Shown here one piece after another: positions 1-15,574 of a DNA stretch of 64,000 nucleotides. Each line of letters opens with the position of its first letter. Position 1 is the stretch's first letter. A program made the translations under genes and the position numbers. The notes under the pieces were generated by a model. That model saw nothing but the letters and a program-made list of their open reading frames with translations. It had not been told where the DNA came from and searched no databases. Where the stretch lies: positions 66,960,001 through 67,024,000 of the forward strand of contig NC_058384.1 in NCBI RefSeq assembly GCF_018350175.1, in the 5' to 3' direction. The stretch comes from Felis catus. Taxonomy: Eukaryota.

Positions 1-26
1 TCTCTCTAAAATAAAAACATAAAATA

Positions 27-330
27 AACCGATCACCACAGACTGGATGGTTTCAACAACAGACATTTTGCTCCTGTCAACACTGGAGGCCGGCAGATCT
101 GAGTCTGGTGAGGGTCCCTCACTTTCTCATTGGTTTGGCGGGGGGGGGGGGGGGCAGGGGGGGTAGGGGGGGGCCAGGAGAGAAGCCAGCTGCCCCAGAC
201 CCCTCTGATGAGGGCACCAGCTTCATCCTGGGACTACCTCCTAAAGGCGCCGTGTCCAAAACCATCACCCTGGGGATCGGGCTTTAACACGGGACTCGGG
301 GAGGCGGTGCAAACATTCACGCCGTAGCAC
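27..330 (-). mobile_element. MaLR LTR fragment (MLT1-like), reverse orientation
   Basis: Contains aacaacagacatttt...ctggaggccggcagatctgag and ccctaaaggcgccgtgtccaaaccatcacc, resembling the reverse complement of MLT1 LTRs. Recognised from memory of the consensus. Confidence 0.6.
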
Positions 331-529
331 CGGTCCCATTAATCCTACCTTCCCTGAGTGCTTCTAAGCCAGGGTAACAATAATCGACAAGGGAAACTCT
401 TCTTTAGAGACAATTCACAGCTAATAATAAAGGAAGGAGAAATGACACAACTGCAGGGTCTCTGTCTGGGGCTCCTGACGATTGATAGGTCTAGACAATG
501 GTCATCAGCAGCCATTAGATTAGAAGGCG

Positions 530-1205
530 ATGGACCCAGAGGGCTGCATGGCGGCCGCAAAAAGATACGTCCGCATCCTAAGCCCCGAAGCCCCGAGAAT
601 GTCAACTTGTTTGGAAAAAGGGTCTGTGTGGATGTAACGCATTACATGAATTCATTCCCGAAATTCAGTTGACGGTTTTGAGATGAGATCACCCTGGATT
701 AGCAGGTGGGGTAAATCCAGTGACAAGCGTCCTCGTGAGAGACCGATGAAGAGGAGACAGACACTTGAAAAGGATGAGGCAACGTGACCTCAGAGGCAGA
801 GACTGGAGCCGTGCAGCCGGAGAAGCCAACAAGGGCCTCCTGCCACCAGGAGATGGAAGGAGCAAGAAAATTCTCCCCAGAGTCTGCAGAGGGAGGACGT
901 CACCCCCGGTGTGGACGTCCGGCCTCCAGAACCGTAGAACACATTCCTGGGGCGCCTGGGTGGCTCAGTCCGTTAAGCGTCCGACTCTTAATCTCGGCTC
1001 AGGTCATGATCTCACGGTGCGTGGGTTCAAGCCCCACATCGGGTTCTGCACTGGCGTTGTGGAACCCGCTTGGGATTCTGTCTCCCTCTCTCTCTGCCCC
1101 TCCCCTGCACATTCTCTCTTTCTCTCAAAATAAATATTAAAAAAGAAAGAATACATTTCTGTTGTCTTAAGCCACCACGTTTGTGGTACTTTGTTACAGC
1201 GGCCG
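530..1205 (+). mobile_element. MaLR LTR (MLT1-like) interrupted by a SINEC (949-1143, +)
   Basis: MLT1 hallmarks tttggaaaaagggtc...gagatgagatcaccctggatta and terminal ttaagccacc...ttgttacagc; the inserted SINE is flanked by a degenerate TSD (agaacacattcct/agaatacatttct). Confidence 0.7.
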
Positions 1206-1369
1206 TGGGCACCGAACGCAGCAAGGAGCTTTATAATGAATGGACCAGGCTGAAATTACCAGAACTTCCTGTTCAACCACGGCATCGACAATCAGACACC
1301 GCGTGCCTCCTGATGGGACACACGGTACTGCTTATGAAATATTCCTGGGAAAAAAAGAATGTATGTTTA

Positions 1370-1761
1370 AATATTTTTAAAGAATATTTTGTTTATTTGA
1401 GAGAGACAGAGACAGCACGAGGGGGGGAGGGGCAGAGAGAGAGAGAGAGAAAGAGAACCCCAAGCAGGCTCTGCACTGTCAGTGCGGAACCCCACGCGGG
1501 GCCCAAACCCACAAAACCGTGAGATCACGATCTGAATCGGAACCAAGAGTCATATGCTCAACTCACTGAGCCACCCAGGTGCCCCTAAAAATAAATGTAT
1601 GTTTAATCAAACTTCTAAATATAATTAGAGGGGACAGAGGACCACGTGAATTGTCACGACAGGGACACACTCAACTGAATCTAGAACATGGGGAACCTGA
1701 CAGGGAAATAACCCAGTTTCTTTTAATATTCTTTTTTTTTTTAATGTTTATTTATTTTTTT

Positions 1762-1800
<39 letters not shown>

Positions 1801-1966
1801 CATGAGCGGGGGAGGGGCAGAGAGAGAGGGAGACACAGAATCCGAAGCAGGCTCCAGGCTCCGAGCTGTCAGCACAGAGCCCAATATCGAGCTCGAACCC
1901 ACGAGCCCTGAGAGCATGACCTGAGCCGAAGTCGGACGCTTAACTAACCGAGCCACCCAGGTGTCC
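1370..1966 (-). mobile_element. Two SINEC elements (1370-1585, 1730-1966)
   Basis: Reverse-complement tRNA-like head (ccacccaggtgcccc), (GA)n block and T-rich tail. Confidence 0.9.
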
Positions 1967-2479
1967 TAAGTATGGTTCTTTTTCAAAGTCATCATACGTT
2001 AGAAATACATAGTGAACACGTACAGGTGATTTGCTTTGAAATACTCTAGCAGACATGAACACAAGTGAGGGACTTTGTGGAACAGGAAAGAACTTGGGGA
2101 TGGTCAAGCCAGATGATGAAGGGTTCCAATGTTCTATTTTTTGTGTATGTTTGAAGTTCTCAAAAAAAAAAGTAGCAGCAGCACAGAGAATAGTTGTAGA
2201 AATGAGCGGTCGTGTGTATGCGTTTTCCGCGCGGGAAAGAACAAAGCGGTGCTGGGCCCAGCGTCTTGGCTTTCTGACTCCATGACAGGCCGGAACTTAG
2301 AAAAGCCAGAAGGGCCCTGGAGGAGTGGATGACTGCTAGCATGTTCCAGAATCTAGGCTGCCCTCCCGGGTGCTTGTGGTGAGGCTGCTGCCAGGTGCTG
2401 AACAATTAATTAGTTGCAATTTTACGTCTAGGCCCGAGTGGGGTTGCTCTCTCCTGCCCCCTTGTGGTTGAGCGAAGTC

Positions 2480-3010
2480 TGTAACTAGTTCTAGTCTCTC
2501 TGGGCAGCGATGGCTAATTGCAGAGACAAGACCCTCCAGAGCTCTTTTTGTCTTCTCCTCCTGGTGTGGGGACTGGCGGCATTTGAGGTAACGGTGGCTC
2601 TAGCAGCCTGGGTCCCTGAATAAGAAAATGAGAAGAGCCCCCTTGTTTGACCACCATGCACAGGTAGCCTAAGGGAGAAATGATCTCGTCTTAAGTCCCT
2701 GATACTCGGAGGTCGTTTGTTACCGCAGCATAACCGAGCTCCTCCTGGTGAACACAGCACCATGCAGCAACCAGTCCTACAGGCTACCTGGTAAGAACCT
2801 GAATAATTGCTGCGGTTGTTCTGTTACTGTTAGTATTCTTGTAATAACAACCGTCCATCATCACAGGTGCCATTTACTGAGCACCTCTATGTGCCCCCAG
2901 GACGTGCCACCCGTCGTCTCAGTTACCGATCCCGGCAGACCCTGGAGGCAGATCTTCCTGCCCCGTGACCAAGATCAGAAAAGCAAAGCTTAGGAACTGC
3001 CACAAACATT
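2480..3010. mobile_element. Old MLT1-type LTR (about 2480-2745, +) followed by a MIR (about 2840-3010)
   Basis: LTR terminus gtttgttaccgcagcataacc; MIR-like catttactgagcacctctatgtgcc. Confidence 0.5.
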
Positions 3011-3299
3011 CCACTTGCTGTCTGAGAGTCATCGAAGATGCCGTTCATTTGATCATTCGTTGTCCTTTATATAAAACCCCACGAGATGACGTCCCTTTAA
3101 CAATTACAGCCAAGAACCCTCAGGGAAAGCAGTTTTACAACATATATATCAAGCACCATTAGAAAGTTCATACCCTTTGCTCCAGTGGTTAGTCACTAGC
3201 CCAAGCTTGTTGCGGTGCAGTTAGATTGCTTGAACAGTAAAATGAATAAACAAACGAATTAGGCAATTAATTAAAATAGTATACATATTAAAGAAAAAC

Positions 3300-5870
<2,571 letters not shown>

Positions 5871-6687
5871 GATGGAGAGTCAGCCCAGCGCCGTCTGCGG
5901 GGCACAAAGCGGGGAGGCAGTGGGGTTGGAGATGAGCTCCCATCTATCAGGGATCCCTGAGGGGTCCAGCTGGAAGGCGTGAGGGCAGAGAAGGGGGCTG
6001 TTGGGGGCAAAAGGTGATGGGGAAAGGGGCAGTAACAAACTCCCTTCCCCCAGGCCTGCTGGGCCGCCCCTCTCAGACCGCAGGGCCAGACTTGGCGCCG
6101 CCTCCCCTCCCCCACCCCTCCCCGGGGCCATCCCATCTGGGTCCTGAAACCCGGATTGCCTAGCGCGATTGCGGCCGCCGGCTCTCTCCTCTCCCAGCGC
6201 TACCCGCCAGCGGAGCCAGAGTGACCAACGAAACCTTGTCACTCTCCTGCTTAAAGCAGTCGCTCCCTTTGCCCTAAGGATACAGTCTGGTCTGCTAGCC
6301 AGGGCTTCCAAGGCCCTCTGGGATCCAGCCTCTCACCGTGCCTTCAATGTCGCCTCCCACCCGCTGTGCCCTCTGCACAGTCTTCCAGACACTTCTGGCT
6401 CCAAAAGTGCCCAGATTCACTCTCACCTGGTTCTCCCAGGCGTCACTGCCGGCCAAACCGCCTCTGGGAAAACCTTCCTCTTCCCCGGCCGGCGGCAGTG
6501 CACTGTGGCCTACCACACTGGCCTGGACACTTGGTCTTAGAAGGACTTTTATTAGCCACTGAATTAACAGTGTGAATTTTAATACATATGCGCGTGTAGG
6601 CCGTATCAGTGAGGTTTCTGGCAATTACAAAATTATAAAAACTAATTCCGAACACAATTGTCTATTTCAATAGTTGATTTTCCCCTT

Positions 6688-7049
6688 CTTTTTTTTTTTT
6701 AATTTTTTTTCAACGTTTATTTATTTATTTTTTGGGGACAGAGAGAGACAGAGCATGAACGGGGGAGGGGCAGAGAGAGAGGGAGACACAGAATCGGAAA
6801 CAGGCTCCAGGCTCTGAGCCATCAGCCCAGAGCCTGATGCGGGGCTCGAACTCATGGACCGCGAGATCGTGACCTGGCTGAAGTCGGACACTTAACCGAC
6901 TGCGCCACCCACGCGCCCCAGATTTTCCCCTTCTTTTTAAAAAAATCTATTTGACTTTAGTAAGTAGGCTCTACCCCCAACATGGGGTTAGCTCTCACGA
7001 CCCTGAGACCAAGCGTCAGTGCTCGGCCAACTGAGCCAGCCAGGCCCCC
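6688..7049 (-). mobile_element. Young SINEC (6688-6919) with TSD gattttccccttct, plus a short SINE (6933-7049)
   Basis: Full-length copy, near-identical to the copies at 12151 and 49229; target-site duplication visible on both sides. Confidence 0.92.
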
Positions 7050-7149
7050 CAGTTTTTCCCCCCTGCCTTATTCTATCTGTTCTTTATCACCTTGACCATT
7101 TTTTAGAAGTTGGACTAAGGACCCCTTAGCCTAGCTTGACTCATTTTCT

Positions 7150-7400
7150 AAACCTGATTCCTCGAGGTGCTAACTGCGTGACTCTGAACGAGTTCTTTAA
7201 CTTCTCTCGGCCTCAGAGTCCTCATCAGTAAAATGCGGGTAGTAATTCCCATGGACCTCACTGAAGTAACGTGTACAGTGCTCAAAATCGTGTCTGGTAT
7301 GCAGTAAGCGCCATGTATGTGTTAGCTATTATCCGCAGCATCCAGCCTCGCTTCTGGCACACAGTGGGTGCTAAGTAAGCGTGTGTGTTAGTGAATGAGC
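7150..7400 (+). mobile_element. MIR and L2-tail fragments
   Basis: MIR core (gtgactctgaacgagttctttaacttctctcggcctcag...cagtaaaatg) followed by L2-like ggcacacagtgggtgctaagtaag. Confidence 0.6.
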
Positions 7401-8513
7401 CCACACGAAGGATTCTGGGAAGGAGAGCCGGCCGGGAGGGAGAAGGAGGAGACAGAGCTGGAGTCGGAAGAGGTGGAGCCGAGCCCCTCCTCCTCCTGCA
7501 AACGAAGGCCTTGGCGGCGGGAGAAACGGGCCGGGCACGCAGGGCCTCGCGGTGGTTGGAGGGCAAGTGCGTGGGCCGGGGACGCGCCCAGGGCGGGAGG
7601 GCCGCGTGGGCCGAGGGCGGGTGGGAAGCCACGCCGACGCACCTGCGTGAGAGCGCGCCCGGCCCTCCCCTCGTACGTACGAAGCCCCTTTTACGCATGC
7701 TCAGACAAAGGGCACAAATTCTAGGAGACTTGAGGGAGGTCGCACAGTTGGTAAGAGGAGGGTTTGCTGGGATTTGAACGCGTATTTGAGGTCAGGCTCA
7801 AGCCCACCGGTCCGTACTTCTGTCCTTGAAAGCAGGCGCACACATACCCTCTTCGTAGCCCTGACAGAGAACCAGAGAGCCGACAGCCCCAGTTGCCTAC
7901 CTGTTAGAAGTCGCTCTCTTCACGGGGACGGGAGCGACAGGGACTGGCGGCGTCTTGTCCTGCTCCAGGAAGAGGTTCCGGTGAAGGCGCTGCCTGGGCC
8001 CCTGCGAGACCCAAGCACTTCAGGGCCCTGGGACTTGGGCGCCTGATCAGCGGGGTCCCTCCTCTTGCACCTTTGAGGAAAGGCTTCTGCCCTGAGCTCG
8101 CAGAAGCAGCCAAGGTGCCGAGAGCTTTCTTCCCCTCGCCACTCCACTAAGCCAGGCTAAGTGACCTGTGTCCAGCCCGTGACCCGGCACTGTATGCGCA
8201 CTGCTCACGGTCCTGGGCCTGGGGAAGATGCGGCGCTTGGGGCCAGGGGTGGGGACCCCCAAAGGGATGCAGTAAAGGAGGCACCCGGGAAGGATTACCT
8301 GGAAGAACGTGGAGGAGGTGGTGCCTCGTTTCTTCCTGATGCCCGAGGGCCAGAGAAGGAGCAGACTGCCTGATGGGTATGAAGATGCCGGCCGCTGGGT
8401 GTGCGGACGAGCTAAGGTGAGCTCGAGGACCTGTGGCCAAGCCCCCGCTGTCTCCGGTTTCCCCCGAGGGCCTCCTCCAAGCAGCACCCTCCCCTCCCCC
8501 AACCAGTCCTCAC

Positions 8514-9400
8514 CTCTGTCCTCCGGAGCCTGGGTGCGCATTGCCTGTGGGAGGAGGCTCTCAGGGTGGGACCCAGACTTCCAGGACCTCCAGCTGCTTC
8601 AAGAAACCTGACCCCTTCGGTCCAGCCCCCTGTCTGTCCGTCTGTCTGTTCTTTCCCGCTCCGTCCCCACCCCATCGGAAGCACAAGTTCCCATTGTCTC
8701 TGTCTTTCCCCCTATTGTTGAATAACAGGGGCCCTTTCTTTATCCTGTGGGCAAGGGCAACGAAATGTCAACAGCTGGGGATGTGGGATGCGGGACCGGC
8801 TGGCACACAGCACCGGAAAAAGGGCCGGGGTAGGGGCAGGCTCAGAACAGGACTGGACATCCCCAGGGAGAGGGGAGTGGGGGCGGGGAGAGCGGTTGGT
8901 GAGAAGGTTGAAAGGGGGGGGGTCCCCTCCACGCCAGGCTTCAAGCCTCGGGAGAGATGTGGTGTGAGGCCAGGGGTGGCGGCGCCCCGTGGAGGGCAGA
9001 ACGCGTGGTGGGAATAGCACTGGGAGCGAAGGCAGGAGGGCTTTCTGCGCCCGGGAGGGTAACGGGAGTTTCCGAGAAGGACTTCGGAGAGCTCTCCAAA
9101 AGAGGGGTCGGTTTATTTGTCCCGCCTCCTCCTAGTGCCAGTGCTCCGGAGAAGGGAGGTCCTCGACCTCCCTGGGAGGACATACGCTTCTCCACAGCGC
9201 CCCCTGGAGTCTAAGCGGCTGGAGTTCACACGCCCAGTCCGGACCTTTCTGTCGAGGTACAATCTGCCTCCAACAAGCAGCAGGGACCTCCAGTGGACAG
9301 CTCACCGCACTTACCAGTGTACACGCCACGGAACTAAGCCTCGGATCAGCATATAGAACGTTTCAACGCCCAGGATGAGCCTGTTTCTTTTTTGTTTGCT
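8514..9400 (-). other. HAPLN2: Candidate non-coding 5' exon(s)/promoter of HAPLN2
   Basis: The ATG exon has an acceptor at 5895-5896 (ccgcag|acggcg), so upstream non-coding exons must exist. Strong minus-strand donors at 8513 (GAG|GTGAGG) and 9314 (CTG|GTAAGT); SOX-type motifs at 8682-8720. No transcript evidence available. Confidence 0.3.
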
Positions 9401-11501
9401 GTCAGGGCAGAGGGACGACTCTCTCCGGAAATAGCCATTTAGGAAGGTTCCAGCTTCCGGTCCCTCTTAGCCTTACTTTCTGTCTGCCCGGCAACCCCTC
9501 ATCAGCAGCTTTGCAATATTGTGATCGCGCGCTTTTGGGAACCGGAGGGGACCTCAGGACGCCCAGCTTCTTCAGTCACCGACCAAGAGGACCTGGTGAG
9601 AGAGGGCCTTGCCCAAGCCCGCACGGAAGGCAGCTGTGGAGGCTGGGACTTGCTGCTGTTCCCGCCAATCCCTCTTCGGAGCCTCAGTCGGATTCTCCGA
9701 GTCCGCGGGCTGCGGGCTTTTCCGCTGGGGCCGCATCTTCTAACAGGGAGCCCACGCCACCTGCTCCCTTCAGGGCTTTGGAGGACAGTCTCCACCGTCC
9801 TGCATCACCATCCCCGTCCCGAGCCCTTCCCTCCTCCTCCCAGAGGAAAAGGACAAACGGCCCCTGTCTCAGGCCGAGGACACCCGGATCCGATCCCGCG
9901 CATCTGACTGGCCAACACCCAACTCAGACAAACAGCCCCCTGCAGCGGCTCGGAGGGGGACACGGCGGCTCTGCCACCACCCAGGCCCCCCCGGCCTGCC
10001 CTCCCGCCTCCCCAGATCGCTTCTGAACCGTGGTTTGCAAGTCTCAGGTGTGTGAACCCACGAGAGGCTGAGTTTGGCAGGGAGGAAGGCCTGGAAACAG
10101 TTGATGGAGGCGGAAAGAGCCCTTTGAGGATGGAGCTGGGGAAGGGACGGCCCGGAAGAAATGTGCGGTGAGCCAGACTGCACTCCCTTTGCCCGAGGTC
10201 CTCTCACCCCCGGTCCTCAGTCTGCCAGACACTCAGCAGACCGGGAGGGTTGGCTGCTGGGCTCGCTCTTCTGGGCCGAGGTCTTTGCCACCCGCTGCCG
10301 CAGACTCAGCAAGGTGACGGGAACCAGCCCGCCCAAGCCCTGACTTCTCTTCCTCGAGCACCCAGACCTGGCGTCAGGCAGCCGGCGACCAGCTTCTTGA
10401 TCCCTGCTGCGCACAAGCAGGTCCCGTTGACTGTTGCATGAGGGATGAGGACAGTTGGCAAGGCAGCCCTTTAGGCGGTGGCAGGGAGAGGCTGTGGGTG
10501 ACTGGCAGGACCCCGTCTCCTTCCAGCGAGGTTCACACACAGCTGCCTCCCTCCTCCACCCTGCGAGCCCCAGGCCACGCTTCTCTCTGGCCCAGGCGGA
10601 GCCTCCTGGGGGGCTGGATCCCTGCATCCCCGTGGGAGGAGGTAGGGAGGAGGCTGGGGACGCGTCAGTCTTCAGGAAAAGGCACTTTTTCCACTCAGGA
10701 CCGCTGCCTCCCACTCTCTGTACTTCCGTCTGTCTGCGGAGCGTGAGGACGTCACCTCCGTGCCTCAGAGGCCCCACGGAGCCTTGGCAGGAAACTGTTC
10801 CTCGTCTCGGTGGCCCGGCCCCACCTGGAGATCCTGGATGGAGCTCAGTGTCTTGAGCCCTTTTAAAGCTTGGGGCTCCTGAGAAGTGGGCGTCCCGGTG
10901 CCCACTTCAGTAGGACCGGGACCTCGAAACTGGGACTGACCGTGTCCAGGGGGAGGACTGGGCTGGCCACATGGACAGCTCCTGTCTGGCTCGGCAAAGT
11001 CTCAAGGGAATGGAATGGGGGTGTCACCTGGTGCTCACCCAACCTGGCCAGTGTTCCGGTCCATCAGCCCTGTCTATTCTGAGGGCCTGCTGGGGGGCAG
11101 GGGGAGCTCCTCCTGTGCGGAAACCTTCTCACGGCACCAGAGGGCTGTCAGAGGAGAGCGGACAGAGCCTTAGAAGGCATGGCTGTCCCTGGCTTTTCCC
11201 TGAGAGACAAAAGGCAGCAGTGCTCAACTCAGCATTCTGCTCAATTCGACCCCTCACCTGGATTCCGCTCCTGGCCACGGATGTACCCACCAGCTAGACA
11301 GACACCTGCCTTGTGTGTGCAGGACAGAGCTCCAGGGTCCAAACGTTACAGCCGCGGGGCACGGTTGAGCCTGCATCTGAGCCGGCCTTGGGTACCGGTC
11401 ATGATTCTGCTGCAGGCTGTGTATCCCCGGGGCGCAGCCTCTTCACTGGGCCTGTGTCCTCACCTGAACAACGGGACTGCGATCCATTTAAACTATTTTC
11501 T

Positions 11502-13909
11502 GGGGGCGCCCGGGGGGCTCAGTCGGTTCAGCGTCCGACTCGATTTCGGCTCAGGTCATGATCTCGTGTTTGTGGGATCGAGCCCCGTGTCAGGCTCCAG
11601 GCTCACGGCGTGGAACCTGCTTGGGATTCTCTCTCTTCCTCTCTCTCTGCTCCTCCCCAGCTCTCTCTCTCTCTCTGTCTCTCTGTCTCTCTCTCTGTGT
11701 CTTTCTCTCAAAACGAATAAACAAACGTTAAAAATAAAATGACAGTTTTCTGAAGGGCCTCAGTGTGCAGAGAACGCTAACGGATGGAAGTTCCCAGTCT
11801 GGGGGTGATGTCTGGTGGAGGTGAGGTTAGGTCAAATGGCAGGAAGCACAGAGAACAGTAAAAGACAAACATCTAGAAGCTATTTTCATGGTGGCAAAGA
11901 TTTGACAATTATATTTTACTTTTTATTTTTACATTTATTTTTTATTTTTTGAGAGACAGAGAGAGACAGAGCACAAGTTGGGGAGGGGCAGAGAGAGAGG
12001 GAGACACAGAATCCGAAGCGGCTCCAGGCTCTGAGCTGTCGGCAGAGCCCGACACGGAGCTTGAACTCACAAACCACGAGGTCATGACCTGAGCCAAAGT
12101 CGGACGCTTAACCGGCTGAGCCACCCAGGTGCCCCCTACAATTGTATTTTACTTTTTTTTTTTTTTTTAAATTTTTTTTTCAATGTTTATTTATTTTTGG
12201 GACAGAGAGAGACAGAACATGAACGGGGGAGGGGCAGAGAGAGAGGGAGACACAGAATCGGAAACAGGCTCCAGGCTCTGAGCCATCAGCCCAGAGCCTG
12301 ACGTGGGGCTCGAACTCCCGGACCGCGAGATCGTGACCTGGCTGAAGTCGGACGCTTAACCGACTGCGCCACCCAGGCGCCCCTGTATTTTACTTTTTAA
12401 TAGTCATGTCACCTGTCATTCTGTTTGTTAATAGTCTGTTTGCCATTGTGTTCAAGGGGGGCATTTATTTATTTATTTATTTATTATGTTTATTTGTTTA
12501 TTTTTGAGAGGGGGAGGGGCAGAGAGAGAGAGGGAGAATCCCAAGCAGGCTCCACGCTGTCATCACAGAGCCCGACACAGGACTCGATTTCACGAACCGT
12601 GAGATCGTGACCCGAGCCGAAATCAAGAGTCACACGCTCAGCCGACTGAGCCACCCAGGCGCCCCACGAGTGGACCATTGAAACTGTATTTCTGTTCAAC
12701 TACCTCCTGCAAGTACCTTGAGACCCCGACTCCCAATTCATCAGCCGTTCTCATGGTGCGGGGCCTGGGGCTCTCCCACACCCCTGCTTGTGCTCTCTGC
12801 CCAGCTGGTCGAGGCTAGGTCCCACTGCACCGTGTGCAGACCCCCACTCCCAGGCTCCCGTGGATCAAACTGAAACCCAGAAGGACGTACCCATCTACCA
12901 TTCTCAGACCAGAATTTGAATAATTTACAGAGCGAGCCCCATCCCAGAGCTCCCATCCTTTCCCACGGGAGATATACTGTCACAGCATCATTCCCGTCTC
13001 GTGGACACAGAAACCAGTGTCCAGAGAAGGTTAGTAACTTGTTCGAGGTCATCTAGCCACTGGGTAACCCAGGTAGCTTATGTCCAAAGCTGGAGGAGTT
13101 CCTCCCTTCTGTGATAGAATAATTCCTCCAAACTTGGAAAAGGTAAACGGACAAGTGCGTGTTCCGGGTGGTTTTTTGGTATCACTCCGGAGCATCGTCA
13201 AAAGCTTGCTTGACAGCCACCGGACTCGCCTGGAGAATGTACCTTTGTTGTTAGTCCACTTGATAAATGGTCCACAACCAGACATTTACAGTTCCGTCCT
13301 ATTGGTGGTTAACCCGCAGAAGTGGATAAAGTAATCGGCTGTTGTTGCCCAATACAGAAGTTAACCATAAAAGTGTTTCAGTTTGGTTGCCTTAGAAAGT
13401 CGACCAGTCTCATATGTAAATTAGTAATCTTACTTTGAGATTCCTTTTTTGCCTTGTTCCCTCATTAATGAGTTAAATCAATGTTTGTTTTTTAAGTTAT
13501 TTTTAACTTTATTTGAGAGAGAGAGAGAGAGCAGGGAAGGGGCAGAGAGGGAGAGAGAGAATCCCAAGCAGGCTCCATGCTGCCAGCATAGAGCCCAATG
13601 GAGGGCTTGAACTCACAAACAGTGAGATCAAGACCTGAGCCAAAACCAAGAGTTGGACCCTCAAGCGACTGAGCCGCCCCAGTGCCCCTGCATGTTCTTA
13701 TTTTCTTTTTATTTTTTTATTTTTGAGAGAGACGGGGTGTGAGTGGGGGAGGGGCAGAGAGAGGGAGACAGAATCAGAAGCGGAAGCAGGCTGTCTCCAG
13801 GCTCTGAGCCCTCAGCACAGAGCCGGACGGGGGGGCTCGAACCCACCAACCGTGAGACCATGACCTGAGCGGAAGTCAGATGCTTAACCTGCTGAGCCAC
13901 CCAGGTGCC
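11502..13909. mobile_element. SINEC cluster: 11502-11720 (+), 11920-12135 (-), 12151-12382 (-), 12465-12665 (-), 13490-13688 (-), 13697-13909 (-)
   Basis: Each has the ggggcgcctgggtggctcagt head or its reverse complement, a (CT)n/(GA)n block and an A/T tail. TSD tgtattttactttt around 12151-12382. Confidence 0.9.
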
Positions 13910-14084
13910 CTGCATGTTCTTTTTAAATCTACTTGAGATCATATCCTAGGAGCTGTTCCCTGCCTTGCTCTTTTCGCCTAATAGTGCATGCCATGTGTCC
14001 CATCAGCATGGGACATAAAGCTTCCCTCTTTGATTCTGGGTCTGAATGGTGTCCCAGTGGGTGACTGCAGCATATTTACCCTGA

Positions 14085-14507
14085 CGCCCCCTGGTGGACA
14101 TTCACGGTGCCACAGGTTGGGACAACTAGTTGGACATCTTGAGGGAAAAAATATAGATGTATATGAGCCACAACCCTCTCCATAAACTAAATCAATCCCA
14201 GGAATCTTAGAGAATTAAATGTAACAGTGAAGCCAAAATGAATCCCAGACTAATCAATTTTTCCATTGGAAGGCAACTTTTATTGCTTTTTAAAAACACG
14301 ATCACACGATGATACTTAATTGTATACAACTTAACATCAAAACATAAAAAATGAAAATCTCCCTCAATCCCACCACATAGAGTAAATTGAACATTTTCTT
14401 GTTTGTCCTTCCAAACTTCCAGGACTGGGATCACGTGGGTTGAGTCGAGTCGGGAGTCTGGGCTGCGGTGCTAGCGTGCAGGGCGCCCGAGGGCCAGCAG
14501 GGGGCGC
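14085..14507. promoter_or_regulatory. Divergent pair of CTCF consensus motifs with a small CpG island (14440-14660)
   Basis: 14085-14100 reads TGTCCACCAGGGGGCG on -; 14492-14507 reads GGCCAGCAGGGGGCGC on +. Confidence 0.65.
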
Positions 14508-15574
14508 GCGCAGGTGTCCGCTCGCCCTTGGGACGACCCTCGCTCTCTCGCGAGCCCGGGGCGCAGGGGGCGGAGTCCCGATTTCTCAAAGTCTCTTTCC
14601 GAGACGGGGAGTTGGGGGCGGGAGCTTGCGGGGTCTCCCACGCCATCCGTTGCAGGACCGGTCCCACTGCTTTTCCACTGAGGTCTCTGGAAGGACTGCA
14701 CTTTAAAAATAGAAAAAAGGGCAGCTCTTCCTGCCCAGGGTCCTCCCTGTGCTTTAATAAAATCACCTTTTGCACCTAAAAATAAATAAAACAAAGAGAA
14801 AACAAGCAACCCAGATGTGGATGCATCCGCTCCCCTGAACACTGTGCTTCTCCAGGGTGACTCTAGAGGTGGCCGAGAGCTGCGGAGGACAGAGGGCCCC
14901 TTGGCGCCTGCCCCCTCCCGCCCTCCGGGCTCACCCCACCCCAAGGCCAGCATTTCCGCGTTCGGGGTTCAGGCCCCTTCAGGGGGGACATGAGGCCAGG
15001 AAAAGGTCCACAGAAGCACTGGGGAGACAGCGATTGGAGTTCAGGCCTTGACCCCGAAGGGAGAGGAGGACGGTACCAAGCTCAGGTGGCAGTGGCGTTT
15101 CTGGGATACACCTGTCTCCCCCTGAGCCCGCGGTCCTCTCTCTCCATCCCCGTTTTGTGTGCCCTCTGGCCCTCCGCTGGCTTGCCTGCAAATAGGGACA
15201 ACTACACCCAACGCGGGGTCACGGCGGGGATCAAATATGATAATGTTTGTGAAAATGGCATTTAAAACTGTAAACCACCATTATAAAAACCATTAGTTTT
15301 CAATAGCAAAGCGCTGTGCGCAGAGGGTTGTAATGTGTTTATTATCGCGAACTGGGTCAATGAGGTAGAAAAACGAGACTGCCTAGGCGAGGGATTAGGA
15401 AGTCATCTGGGTCTAAGGAGAACTGAGACCTGGCGCCTTCTTTTCCACCCGGAAACAAAAGTGAACAGAGGCTGTTCTGTAAACATGCCAGTGCTCGCGA
15501 TACAGGCTTTTCAAAGCCCCACATTGTACTTGCGACCACAAGCTGTTTTGTCTGAGCTCGCTCTCAGGTTTTGT

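Noticed and set aside
140-175. Long G-runs (also 5080-5093, 42961-42990, 63830-63890) with G-quadruplex potential
   Set aside because: Common in this GC-rich region, partly inside repeats or acting as polypyrimidine tracts on the other strand; homopolymer lengths are also error-prone.
27-1205. Two MLT1-like LTRs in opposite orientation as a possible single composite element or hairpin
   Set aside because: Highly diverged from each other and lacking any internal ERV sequence; independent solo-LTR insertions are the simpler explanation.
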